A stretch of 64,000 nt of DNA from a virus. Taxonomy: Duplodnaviria; Caudoviricetes. Location: positions 1,947 through 65,946 of the IMG/VR virus record IMGVR_UViG_2928125067_000004. One strand, given 5' to 3'. Shown piece after piece: positions 1 to 8,200 of this stretch; the first letter of the stretch is position 1, and each line of letters begins with the position of its first letter. A program made the translations under genes and the position numbers. The notes under the pieces are model-generated. The model was not told the DNA's origin. It was given only the letters and a program-made list of their open reading frames with translations, and did not search any database.

Positions 1-389
1 CCCTCGCCGAGCTCGTCGACCGCGAAGGCGGGCAGGTCCGGGTTGCAGAAGGCGAGCCGGGCGACGTTGCCGTCGATCACGAGGCGTTTGCAGCTCATCT
101 GGCCGTCGATCGCCGCGACGACGATGCTGCCGTGGCCCGCCTTGAGGCTGCGGTCGACGCAGGCGAGGTCGCGGTCGTAGATGCCAGCGCCCTCCATGGA
201 CGAGCCGGCAATGCGCCATAGGAAGGTGGCGGGCGGGTTGGGTACTAGCCAGCGGGGCAGCTCGAGCGCGCCTTCCAGGAAGTCGTCGGCGGGCGATGGG
301 AAGCCGGCGCACAGGGCCTGGCCGATCAGCGGCACGCGGATGGCGTCGGGGCCGTGGATCAGTAGCTCGTCGACCCGATTGAGGTGCAC
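1..389 (-). CDS. umuD: UmuD/LexA-family S24 peptidase (3' end runs off the window)
   Basis: Manual translation from GTG at 389: ...CAGFPSPADDFLEGALELPRWLVPNPPATFLWRIAGSSMEGAGIYDRD...MSCKRL; has the Ala-Gly cleavage site and Ser/Lys dyad motifs of UmuD. Confidence 0.9.
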   Translation of the reverse strand, partial: MHLNRVDELLIHGPDAIRVPLIGQALCAGFPSPADDFLEGALELPRWLVPNPPATFLWRIAGSSMEGAGIYDRDLACVDRSLKAGHGSIVVAAIDGQMSCKRLVIDGNVARLAFCNPDLPAFAVDELGE

Positions 390-408
390 CCGCGGCTCCG
401 CCGTGCTA

Positions 409-423
409 GAACAAATACGGAAC
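409..423. promoter_or_regulatory. Alphaproteobacterial LexA (SOS) box
   Basis: GAAC-AAATACG-GAAC is an exact GAAC-N7-GAAC match, 20 nt upstream of the umuD start; a degenerate GAAC-N7-GAAA lies at 491-505. Confidence 0.85.
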
Positions 424-586
424 AAAGCTGATGGGCGAGCCGGGTTCAATCCGCGCACGGAATGTTTCTCTCGCGGCAGTGGACGAATGTGAACTCGGAT
501 CGAAAATCTTAGGTGGCACCACGCCTTAAGCGCCTTGCGCGGTCGGCGGCGAGTGTTTGACATGTCGGGACGGGAAGGAGACGGCG

Positions 587-838
587 ATGGCGATGAGGAC
601 GGCGTTCGTGGTGCAGCCCTTCGAGGCGCACCGGAAGCGGCTGCGGCCGGCCGGGCAGGAGCCGGCGCAGACCGAGAGCGGAGCGGTGAAGAAGGCTGAG
701 AACCTGGCCAAGCGGATGCCGGGCGCGGCGGCGCTGAAGGTGGTGGCCGACGACGAGACCGGCGAGCTGGAGGGCGTCACGATCCTCGGCCAGTGGGGCG
801 AGATCCCCGACGACTTCGCCGAGAGCCTGCAGGGCTGA
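587..838 (+). CDS. Small conserved hypothetical protein (83 aa), homologous to 53059-53325
   Basis: AAGGAG RBS before ATG 587; aligns by eye with the 53059-53325 product (VQxF, GAAA, G[ER][IV]P). Confidence 0.75.
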   Translation: MAMRTAFVVQPFEAHRKRLRPAGQEPAQTESGAVKKAENLAKRMPGAAALKVVADDETGELEGVTILGQWGEIPDDFAESLQG

Positions 839-841
839 TTG

Positions 842-1213
842 TCAGCCGCGCTCCTTGGCCGCGAACTCCCAGATCGGCGGGCCCCAGGTCTGACCCGGCT
901 TCGTCCGGTAGCCGGAGAACCGGTCGAACACGATCCGGTCCGGCTCGACGCCGACGACCCGGCTGTCGTTGACCATCAGCGCGCCAGCATACTCGACGCG
1001 CAGGAAGCCGTGCTCGGGATGAACGCCAAACAGTTGCGGCGCGGTCCACCCAAGTCGGTGCGCCTCGACCCCGTGCTCGTCGACGAAGGTCAGCGCGTTC
1101 GCCCGCATCGCCGCCCACCGCGCTGGGGTCAGATACCGGCAGGGCGACGCGTGCTCGGACAGACGCTCGATCTGGTCGCGCCAGGAGGCGACGGCGGGCG
1201 GAAGGTCGGACAT
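842..1213 (-). CDS. Hypothetical protein
   Basis: ORF track frame; likely start MSDLPP at 1213; protein-like composition. Confidence 0.6.
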   Translation of the reverse strand: MSDLPPAVASWRDQIERLSEHASPCRYLTPARWAAMRANALTFVDEHGVEAHRLGWTAPQLFGVHPEHGFLRVEYAGALMVNDSRVVGVEPDRIVFDRFSGYRTKPGQTWGPPIWEFAAKERG

Positions 1214-1318
1214 CCCGACTTCGTAAGGTGCCCCACAAGCTCCCGCTATGCGTGGACGAAGGCGGGAGGTATGCAACCGCTGAGGCGGCTGCCGACCTGA
1301 GAGGTCATTGAAGGCAGA

Positions 1319-2155
1319 ATGAGTGCGACGAAATTTCGGGAACGGAGGAAGGCTCGTCTACTTCGCGAGCATCCAACATGCATTTTCTGCGGAGGGATGC
1401 GTCCGACCGTCACCCTGGACCATGTTCCGCCGCGAGCTTCTTTCCCGCGAGGCTATCATCCCGAGGACTTTGATTTTCCGGCCTGTGAAGAATGCAACCA
1501 GTCAACGCGTCATTTCGATCAGATTTTTTCTTTGTATGCGATGCTATCTGACCATGATGAGGCAAATCACTCGCAAGAGGACTTGCGACGCCTGACATCT
1601 GGTATCGCTAACAACTATCCCAAAGCGCTACCCAAGATCGATCTGCCAGTCAGGACGAAACGCATTGGCTTGAAGAAGATGGGACTGAAAAAGCCGGAGG
1701 GGGAGCTTTATAAGGATCTCCCACTAGCAGGTGTGCCAATTGTGTTCGGCGAGGCGGCTAAAATTGTAGCACGAAAACTCGCATGCGCTGTGTTTTTCAA
1801 GGAGTTCGGCCAGACGCTCCCAGAAGGACAGCAGATTGTATCGAGTTGGCATCACAGCTTTGATCCGAGATCACATTCTTTCATCGCGTATTTCAATGAT
1901 CGCATGCAGGGCTATCGCAACCCAACGCGTGGAACGGTCAAGAACTATGGCAATAGGTTCGCTTACAAATTTGCATATAACGAAGCCGAGAATTTCTTTG
2001 GGATCGCCGCTCAACTCGGAAAAGGTTTGTTCCTTTGGTCGCTAGCTGCTCGCTCGGAGCTAGAGATAAAGCCGACCGACCTAAACGATGTATGGAGTGT
2101 CGGGCAGCCATGGGTGTCCAATCGAGCTGCGGTTCTTCTAGAAGATTGTAGATAA
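1319..2155 (+). CDS. HNH endonuclease-domain protein (moron)
   Basis: N-terminal CIFCGG...TLDHVPP...PACEECN zinc/HNH motif; lower GC than flanks; opposite strand to the late operon. Confidence 0.8.
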   Translation: MSATKFRERRKARLLREHPTCIFCGGMRPTVTLDHVPPRASFPRGYHPEDFDFPACEECNQSTRHFDQIFSLYAMLSDHDEANHSQEDLRRLTSGIANNYPKALPKIDLPVRTKRIGLKKMGLKKPEGELYKDLPLAGVPIVFGEAAKIVARKLACAVFFKEFGQTLPEGQQIVSSWHHSFDPRSHSFIAYFNDRMQGYRNPTRGTVKNYGNRFAYKFAYNEAENFFGIAAQLGKGLFLWSLAARSELEIKPTDLNDVWSVGQPWVSNRAAVLLEDCR

Positions 2156-2186
2156 CTCGCACCCCGCAGCGTCGGCCACTGGCACG

Positions 2187-2217
2187 AAAAAACCGCCGCG
2201 GCCGGAGCCGGGCGGTT
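2187..2217 (-). terminator. Intrinsic terminator at the end of the late operon
   Basis: Minus strand AACCGCC-CGGC-TCCG-GCCG-C-GGCGGTT followed by TTTT. Confidence 0.75.
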
Positions 2218-2360
2218 CAGTGTAGTTGCGTTCACGGGATGTAGACGGCGGCGAGGTGCGGCTTAATCCAGCCGCCCTCTGAAACGATGAAAGGCGCCCC
2301 GGCCGAAGCCAGGGCGCCACGTCGAGATGATCGGCGCTCGGCGCGCCTATGTTGCAAAAG

Positions 2361-2966
2361 TCAGCGCCGTGCTGGCGTACGGGCATCCCGCTCCAGCTCG
2401 TCGATCCGGCGCTGCATGCCCTGGATGGTGTCGCGGGGCGTGTTGAGGTCGTAGAGCCCCTGCCGGTTCTGGTCGGATTGGCGCTGCAAATCGGCATCGC
2501 GGGCGCGCTGGGCGGCCCACATCTGCTCGTGCTCGCCGCGCGGGACCAACTGTTTAGTGATCGTGTCGAGGTCGCGCTCGACGCGCTCGACCCGGGCATC
2601 GGTCAGACGCTGGAGATCGTCCCGACGCTGCGACACGACAGCGAAGCGGGTGTCGAGGTCCTGACGCGGCACGTAGGCCTCGGTGCGCGCCTCCACCTTG
2701 GCGATCGCGCCCTCGAGGCGGCCGTTATTTGAATTGACCCACGTGAAGAACATGCCGCCGGCGACCGTGCACACGGCGAGCATGATGTTCACCGGCGCCC
2801 AGTTGATCGAGCTGCGGGTCTTCAGGTCGCTCCGGATGTCCTGCATCACCGAGCGGATGTCGGAGACGGCGGTCTCCAGGATCCCGAGCCGCGTATCCGT
2901 ATCCCGCGGCTGCATCTGCATTTGCTGGGTCTGCTGAAGCTGCTGCGTCATGATCCTGGCCCCCAA
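2361..2966 (-). CDS. Single-TM coiled-coil protein at the end of the lysis cassette (possible holin-like/accessory lysis protein)
   Basis: One hydrophobic segment (WAPVNIMLAVCTVAGGMFFTWV) flanked by heptad-rich regions; position after the spanins. Confidence 0.6.
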   Translation of the reverse strand: MGARIMTQQLQQTQQMQMQPRDTDTRLGILETAVSDIRSVMQDIRSDLKTRSSINWAPVNIMLAVCTVAGGMFFTWVNSNNGRLEGAIAKVEARTEAYVPRQDLDTRFAVVSQRRDDLQRLTDARVERVERDLDTITKQLVPRGEHEQMWAAQRARDADLQRQSDQNRQGLYDLNTPRDTIQGMQRRIDELERDARTPARR

Positions 2967-3050
2967 GGCCGGCGAGCCGCGCGCCGGTGTTCCGGTCGCG
3001 CGGGATGAGGCCCGGTCCCGCGTGCGCGAGGGGCCGAATGTTGGGGTGGA

Positions 3051-3075
3051 AAGCCCGTGAAACTTTCACGGGCTT
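3051..3075. repeat. Perfect 25-bp palindrome, possible terminator after the o-spanin
   Basis: AAGCCCGTGAAA-C-TTTCACGGGCTT; followed by TCC on the minus strand. Confidence 0.7.
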
Positions 3076-3085
3076 CGGATGCCGG

Positions 3086-3409
3086 TCAGGGCCTGGCGAA
3101 GTCGTGCCGCACGGCCTCGATCCAGGCGAGCGCCCGACCGCCACAGGCTGCCTTCGACCGGTCGAGCACCTTGGCCCGGCCGATGATGCGCACGACGTCG
3201 CCCCGGGTGAGCGATCGATCCGGGATATTCGGGAAGGCCTGCCGCAGGCACGCATCCACGCCCTCGGGCGGCGGTGGCAGCGTCACCCGGATATCGGCCG
3301 GCGCGAGCGGATCGATCGCCGGCGGCGCGACCCTAAAGCTGGCGCAGCCGGTGAGACCAAAGCCGAGGCAGGCACACGCCATCGCGGCGCGGATCACGGG
3401 CGAGCGCAT
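3086..3409 (-). CDS. Outer-membrane spanin (Rz1-like lipoprotein)
   Basis: Signal peptide with lipobox LTGC, Pro-rich mature part, overlaps the 3' end of the upstream TM gene. Confidence 0.75.
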   Translation of the reverse strand: MRSPVIRAAMACACLGFGLTGCASFRVAPPAIDPLAPADIRVTLPPPPEGVDACLRQAFPNIPDRSLTRGDVVRIIGRAKVLDRSKAACGGRALAWIEAVRHDFARP

Positions 3410-3782
3410 CGGTCAGTTCCTTGATCTTGGAGAGGTCGGCTTGGCGGTCAGCTTGGTCACGGGCCCGCAGCTCGACCGCCTCGCGGGTGATCGCCTCGGC
3501 CCTCTCCGCGCGCAGCTGCTCGGCCTTCAGCGCCACGGCGTGATCGTGGACGAGCATGCGCTGCGCGCCGTCGGCCACCGCGACCTGCCAGCAGAAGGCG
3601 AAGGCCGCGACGCCGGCGGCTGCCGTCCCGGCGACGAGGCGCAGGCGCGCGGGTAGGACGATCCGCCCGACCACCAGGATGGTGAGGGCGGCGCCGAGGA
3701 TCTTCAGCGTCACCGGCGAGATCGCGGCCCAGACGAGGGACGCGATCGCCAGCAGGATGCCGGTCCAGGAGAAGTCGAACAT
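3333..3782 (-). CDS. Inner-membrane spanin (Rz-like)
   Basis: N-terminal TM segments then a helical periplasmic domain ending near a Cys; directly after the endolysin. Confidence 0.7.
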   Translation of the reverse strand: MFDFSWTGILLAIASLVWAAISPVTLKILGAALTILVVGRIVLPARLRLVAGTAAAGVAAFAFCWQVAVADGAQRMLVHDHAVALKAEQLRAERAEAITREAVELRARDQADRQADLSKIKELTDALARDPRRDGVCLPRLWSHRLRQL

Positions 3783-4837
3783 CAGGCGCGCGCTCCGGTG
3801 AGACGGGGGAAGCGGCGCGCCAGGAAGCCGGGCACGGGCCGGCCAGCATCGTCCCAGCGCGCGTAGAGGGCGTAGAGCGCCCCGGCGACGATCACGACGC
3901 CGACGATCAGCCCCAGCACGGTGCCGGCCTGGATCTGGCTGTTGGCCTGCTCCAGCTGCTCCTTGAGCTCGATCGCGTTGTCGATCATCAGACCCGTGCC
4001 GGAGGACGCCGCGACCGCGCCGCCCTGGATGGTGCGGCTCTTCGCGAGGTTGGCATCCTTGGCCGGGGCGGCGAGCGGCTCGGCGGCGTCGAGCGCGGCG
4101 AGCGTGTCGTCGTCGAGCTCGCCCGTGACAGGCAGGCCGGACTTCTTCTGCAGCAGCTGCACGGACGCCGTGGTCCGATCACCGTGATCGCCGTCGACCG
4201 CGCCGACCGGGTAGCGCAGCGCCTTCAGCTTCGCCTGGGCCGGGATCACCCGGAGCGCCGCCTTCGCCTTGGCGAGGTAGGCGCGGCACTCGGGCAGGCC
4301 GATGTCCCCGCCATTCACGCGGAAGCGCACGGCCGCGACGTCGTCGGCGTCGGCGAGCGCGTTGCAGTCGTTGTCCGACCAGTAGGTGAGTGCCGCGGCG
4401 ATCGCGCCGGCGGGCGTACGCAGGCGGTCGGGATCGGCCTCGAACCCGGCGGCGCGGTAGTTCGTGCGGCCGGTGTTCTGGATGAGGCCGCCGCCGCGGT
4501 AGCGCCAGCCGTCGCCGGGCTTCACGTTGCCGAGCCGGCCGCCGTAGACCTTCTCGGCGAGCACCTTGGGGTTGCCCGCGTACGGCCGCGCGGCGGCGAG
4601 CGTCGGGAAGCGCTTCGGCCAGACCTCGCACAGCCGCTCGGCCGTGTAGAACAGGTTCTCCTCGAGGCGGGTCATGCCGCCGGACTCGGTCGCGAGCTGC
4701 GCGACGAAGTGGGCGATGCGCAGGGGCGTGTTGATCTCGGCGGCTGCGATCCGCTCGTCGGCCGCCACGAACGCCGCGAAGACGTCGGCGCGCACGCGCG
4801 GCGCGACCGCGGGGAGGATCCGCTTCCAGTCGGTCAT
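3782..4837 (-). CDS. Endolysin: GH19 lysozyme/chitinase-like domain, peptidoglycan-binding domain and C-terminal TM helix
   Basis: AHFVAQLATESGG and GDGWRYRGGGLIQNTGRTNY GH19 motifs; VDGDHGDRTTASVQLLQKKSGLPVTG PG-binding motif; hydrophobic GTVLGLIVGVVIVAGALYALY. Confidence 0.9.
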   Translation of the reverse strand: MTDWKRILPAVAPRVRADVFAAFVAADERIAAAEINTPLRIAHFVAQLATESGGMTRLEENLFYTAERLCEVWPKRFPTLAAARPYAGNPKVLAEKVYGGRLGNVKPGDGWRYRGGGLIQNTGRTNYRAAGFEADPDRLRTPAGAIAAALTYWSDNDCNALADADDVAAVRFRVNGGDIGLPECRAYLAKAKAALRVIPAQAKLKALRYPVGAVDGDHGDRTTASVQLLQKKSGLPVTGELDDDTLAALDAAEPLAAPAKDANLAKSRTIQGGAVAASSGTGLMIDNAIELKEQLEQANSQIQAGTVLGLIVGVVIVAGALYALYARWDDAGRPVPGFLARRFPRLTGARA

Positions 4838-4848
4838 CGGTCAGGTCC

Positions 4849-5079
4849 TCAGAAGGGGATCGAGAGGCGCAGGCGCAGCGGCGCGAGCTCGTCGAGCTCG
4901 AGGGTGCGCAGGCGGCCGGCGTCGTGGATGAGCAGGCCGTTCGGCGCGATCGGCGCCGCGGCCAGGAGGCTCGCCGCGCTCGGCCGGGGCGGCAGGTGCG
5001 GAATGCGCGGGCGGGCGGCCGCGGCTGGCGCGCCGGTCACCAGGACGGCGGCGAGCGCCGCCAGGATCCGAGCCCGCAT
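4849..5079 (-). CDS. Small secreted hypothetical protein (76 aa)
   Basis: ATG overlaps the rlpA stop; N-terminal signal-like MRARILAALAAVLVTGAPAAA. Confidence 0.55.
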   Translation of the reverse strand: MRARILAALAAVLVTGAPAAAARPRIPHLPPRPSAASLLAAAPIAPNGLLIHDAGRLRTLELDELAPLRLRLSIPF

Positions 5080-5474
5080 CAGCGCGCGTCCGCGACACGC
5101 CGTCCGTGCGCCACGACCTCCACCCGCACCCGGGCGAGGCCGCAGGCGCCGAGCGCGCGGCAGGAACCGGTCGACAGGTCGATCAGCCGGCCGAGTCGAC
5201 GATGGGGCCCGCGATCGTTGACCCGGACGACGATGCTCCGGCCGGTCGCGAGATGCGTCACCCGGAGCCGCGTGTTGAACGGGACGTCCCAGATCGCCGC
5301 CGTCAGGCCCATCGGCTTGAACCGCTCGCCGTTGGCCGTCAGCCCCCGCGGGTTGATGCGGAAGATCTCGCGGCCGTAGGTCGACGCGATCCCTTCCATG
5401 GCCCGGACATGGGCGGGCACGAGCAGCAGCGCGCATGCGATCGCCGCCCGCAGCGCGAGGCGCTGGAGGATCAT
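5079..5474 (-). CDS. rlpA: RlpA-like (DPBB) lytic transglycosylase with signal peptide
   Basis: GIASTYG...TANGERF...LTAA...PFNTRLRVT...VVRVNDRGP...RLIDLS RlpA signature. Confidence 0.88.
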   Translation of the reverse strand: MILQRLALRAAIACALLLVPAHVRAMEGIASTYGREIFRINPRGLTANGERFKPMGLTAAIWDVPFNTRLRVTHLATGRSIVVRVNDRGPHRRLGRLIDLSTGSCRALGACGLARVRVEVVAHGRRVADAR

Positions 5475-5581
5475 GGTGGTCTCCGATGGATCGAAAGGGG
5501 TAGGCGGCGGGCGACAGATCGACCGCTAGAAGCGACGCCTCAGGCCTCGGGCCACGCGATGCCGTTCACCGGGAGACGGCA

Positions 5582-5749
5582 ATGGCGGGATGGATGGCGC
5601 ATCGGTGGGGCGTGCTGCGCGAGTTGCTCGCGGTGGCCCTTTTCGTGGTCGGTCTCGGAGCCACCGCGGTGTGGATCGTGTTCGGCACGTGGTTTGCCGT
5701 GATCGGGTCGGTCCGCGCGCTCCAGTTCATCATCGCCTGGCTCCGCTGA
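5582..5749 (+). CDS. 55-aa membrane protein antisense to the late operon (below the ORF-track cutoff)
   Basis: Manual translation MAGWMAHRWGVLRELLAVALFVVGLGATAVWIVFGTWFAVIGSVRALQFIIAWLR*; GGGAG RBS upstream. Confidence 0.55.
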   Translation: MAGWMAHRWGVLRELLAVALFVVGLGATAVWIVFGTWFAVIGSVRALQFIIAWLR

Positions 5750-5771
5750 GAGCAGAGGCCGACAGGCTGCC

Positions 5772-5798
5772 ACCGTTCCCGAAGATTTCGGGAACGGT
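5772..5798. repeat. 27-bp palindrome; its 23-bp core is identical to 47015-47037
   Basis: ACCGTTCCCGAA-GAT-TTCGGGAACGGT; no U-tract on either strand. Confidence 0.9.
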
Positions 5799-5824
5799 CG
5801 GGCCTCGGGCGGTCGGCGGTTCGC

Positions 5825-6271
5825 CTACCGCAGCGCGGTGATGTCGAAGGCGACCGGCGCGCTGCTGGCGGATAGCGCCAGGGTAGCCTTGAACGGGACG
5901 GCGACCGTCCCGTCGGCGGTGACCAGCGGCAGGCCCATCTCCAAGCCCGCCGGGAGCTTGGCCCGGACCTCGACCTGCTCGCCAGCCTTGAGGACGTCGC
6001 CGGCCCGCGCGGGCACGAGGCCGGTCAGCGTCAGCGTGAAGGTTGCGAGCGCGGCCGCGGTCAGTAGTTTGGCCGAGGCCGTGAAATGCGCGACCTCCTC
6101 AGGCCGGCCCTCGAGCGCGGCGAGGCGGGCGAGGATCGGGGCGAGCGCGGCCGGCACGCCGAGCAGGTCGAGCACGGCGGACAGCGGCGCCATGTAGAAG
6201 CGCCCGTCCTTCAGGACCCGGATCATCTCGGTGCCGTCGAGCGGCTGGCGGTAGATCGGGGGCGCAGCCAT
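5825..6271 (-). CDS. Hypothetical virion-associated protein
   Basis: ORF in the late operon after the fibre chaperone; Ala/Leu/Thr-rich. Confidence 0.6.
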   Translation of the reverse strand: MAAPPIYRQPLDGTEMIRVLKDGRFYMAPLSAVLDLLGVPAALAPILARLAALEGRPEEVAHFTASAKLLTAAALATFTLTLTGLVPARAGDVLKAGEQVEVRAKLPAGLEMGLPLVTADGTVAVPFKATLALSASSAPVAFDITALR

Positions 6272-6275
6272 GAGC

Positions 6276-6794
6276 TCAGCTCGGCAGCGCGACCGCCGTG
6301 AAGGCGGCGTCGACCTGAGCGGTCGTGGTCACGGTCCCGGCCGCGCGGCCCTCGTCGAGCTTTCGGTAGGCCGAGTAGCAGGCCTGGACCCACTGCCCCA
6401 CCGCGACCGCGACGGTCTGCATCGTTTGGCTGTCGATCCCGACCCATCCCGACGCGGCCTTGAAGTCGATCGTCTTCTCGGGCTGCGCTTGGCTCAGCGC
6501 GTAGGCGCCGTCGATCAGGCCGCGGCTCTCCGCGTCCGTCTTGATCCGCATGCCGCCGATCGTGACGCCGCCGTCCCGCAGCGCCGCGTGGGCATCGGCG
6601 ATGTAGGCCGCGAGGTCGACCGGCGGGGGCGCATATGCCTGGGCCTGGACGCCCGCGGCCAGGAGGCGCGCGTAGATCGCCGCGTTCGCCGGCTCGCGCG
6701 GCGGCAGCGGGCCGTAGAACCCGTTCGGGTACTCGGCGCAGAAGACGCTCCCGACCGAGCCGGTCGCGTCGGTATAGACGATGCGGTCGGTCAC
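6276..6794 (-). CDS. Tail fibre assembly chaperone (DUF4376-like)
   Basis: GGVTIGGMRIKTDAESRGLIDGA...IDFKAASGWV...AVGQWVQACY pattern; follows the fibre gene; GTG start 6794. Confidence 0.75.
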   Translation of the reverse strand: MTDRIVYTDATGSVGSVFCAEYPNGFYGPLPPREPANAAIYARLLAAGVQAQAYAPPPVDLAAYIADAHAALRDGGVTIGGMRIKTDAESRGLIDGAYALSQAQPEKTIDFKAASGWVGIDSQTMQTVAVAVGQWVQACYSAYRKLDEGRAAGTVTTTAQVDAAFTAVALPS

Positions 6795-6810
6795 CGGCCT
6801 CTCTCCCGTC

Positions 6811-8193
6811 TCAAGAGCATAGATTGTCGTCCCAGCCGAGGCAGACGATGCCGGCATTGGCCTGGCAGGCGGCGGAGACGTTGGCGCCCTCGAAGTGCAT
6901 CGTCTGCTGCCCGGTCGAGCCGCTCGCCGAGTTCGCCCCGTTATTGCTGTTGATCGGCGGCGGCGGCGCTCCGGATGACTGGCCCTGATTGTAGCCGCCG
7001 TAGGAGCTGTTCGGGGCGAGCAGCGCGATCGTATTGCTGCCCGCCGACGCGTAGGTCGCGAACAGCCCACCGATGGCGGTCGAGGGTGCGAACCCGCTGA
7101 CCGCGACCGCCTGGAACGTCGGATTCGTCACGTCTCCGACCGAGCCGGAGACCACGACCGGGTAGGTGTGGCCGCCGTCGACCTTGTAGCGGGCGACCCG
7201 GCCCGTCTGGACGATCGGGATCAGGTTCTTGGAGGCATCGGTCCGCGCCCAGCTGGCGCGCGCCGCGTAGGTGTAGCCGGAGGGCAGCGTCGGCGCGGTC
7301 GCCGAGAGCGACAAGAGCCCCGCGAAGGTGCCGTCCGCCTTGGCGATGGCGTGGATCGCGTACCAAGTCGAGGCCGCGAGCGTGCCGGTGTCGAGGCCGT
7401 TGGCGCCGACCGTACCGGTGCTGATCGTCGCCGAGACGTTCTGGAGCGGCAGGCCGGCCGAGGTGCCCTTGAGCAGGACGGCCGCGGCGGCGAGCGCGAT
7501 CTGGGTGCCGGCGGTAGACCCGGGCTTGACGGTCAGGCCGTTGAAGACCGCGACGTTCGGGTAGGAGGCCGCCGCTGCGACCGCGGCGTAGCCAGGGTCC
7601 GCTCCCGAGCCATTCGAGGTCAGGACTTGACCGTTCGAGCCCGGCGCGAGCAGCGCCCAGCCTGACGCGCCACGATAAAGCAGCGCGCCGCGGGTGTTGC
7701 CGAACGTGGCGTCGATCAGCGCCGAGAGGCCGACATCCTGCGGGGAGGCGGTGCCGGCGAGCAAGTTGGCCTTGAGCGTGTAGGCCGGGGCCTGGGCGAG
7801 CATGGCGTTGGTGACGCCGGCAGGGGCGATCGCGAGAACCAGGTCGCTCACGAGCGCGCCGCCGCCCTGGAGGCCGCCGCCGGCCGTCGCGGAGATCTGC
7901 CGGGCGGTCGGAACGGCGCCGAGCGTCGTCAGCGCGGTCGGCGCGTCGGCCTGCGTCAAGAGCGAACGGCCGAACGCCGTGGTGGTGAGGGCGGACAGGC
8001 TGTCCAGCGTCGCGCTCCAGGCCTGGACCGCCGAGCCGATCGTCAGCCCGAACGCCTGACGCGCGGCCGGGAGATTGGCCGCCGTGAGCACCGCCTTCAT
8101 GCCGGCGACCACGTCGGTCAGCGCGGCCGCGGCCGTCGACCCGGGCGGCCCGGCCGGGCCAGCGCGAAACAGGCTCTTGCCGCCGATGAGCAT
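6811..8193 (-). CDS. Tail fibre protein 2
   Basis: Ala/Gly/Thr-rich; TTAFGRSLLTQADAPTALTTLG fibre motif; followed by a chaperone. Confidence 0.75.
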   Translation of the reverse strand: MLIGGKSLFRAGPAGPPGSTAAAALTDVVAGMKAVLTAANLPAARQAFGLTIGSAVQAWSATLDSLSALTTTAFGRSLLTQADAPTALTTLGAVPTARQISATAGGGLQGGGALVSDLVLAIAPAGVTNAMLAQAPAYTLKANLLAGTASPQDVGLSALIDATFGNTRGALLYRGASGWALLAPGSNGQVLTSNGSGADPGYAAVAAAASYPNVAVFNGLTVKPGSTAGTQIALAAAAVLLKGTSAGLPLQNVSATISTGTVGANGLDTGTLAASTWYAIHAIAKADGTFAGLLSLSATAPTLPSGYTYAARASWARTDASKNLIPIVQTGRVARYKVDGGHTYPVVVSGSVGDVTNPTFQAVAVSGFAPSTAIGGLFATYASAGSNTIALLAPNSSYGGYNQGQSSGAPPPPINSNNGANSASGSTGQQTMHFEGANVSAACQANAGIVCLGWDDNLCS

Positions 8194-8200
8194 GGGGGCC

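Noticed and set aside
557-562. TTGACA as the -35 for the 587-838 gene
   Set aside because: The implied -10 would fall on the RBS or start; geometry does not fit
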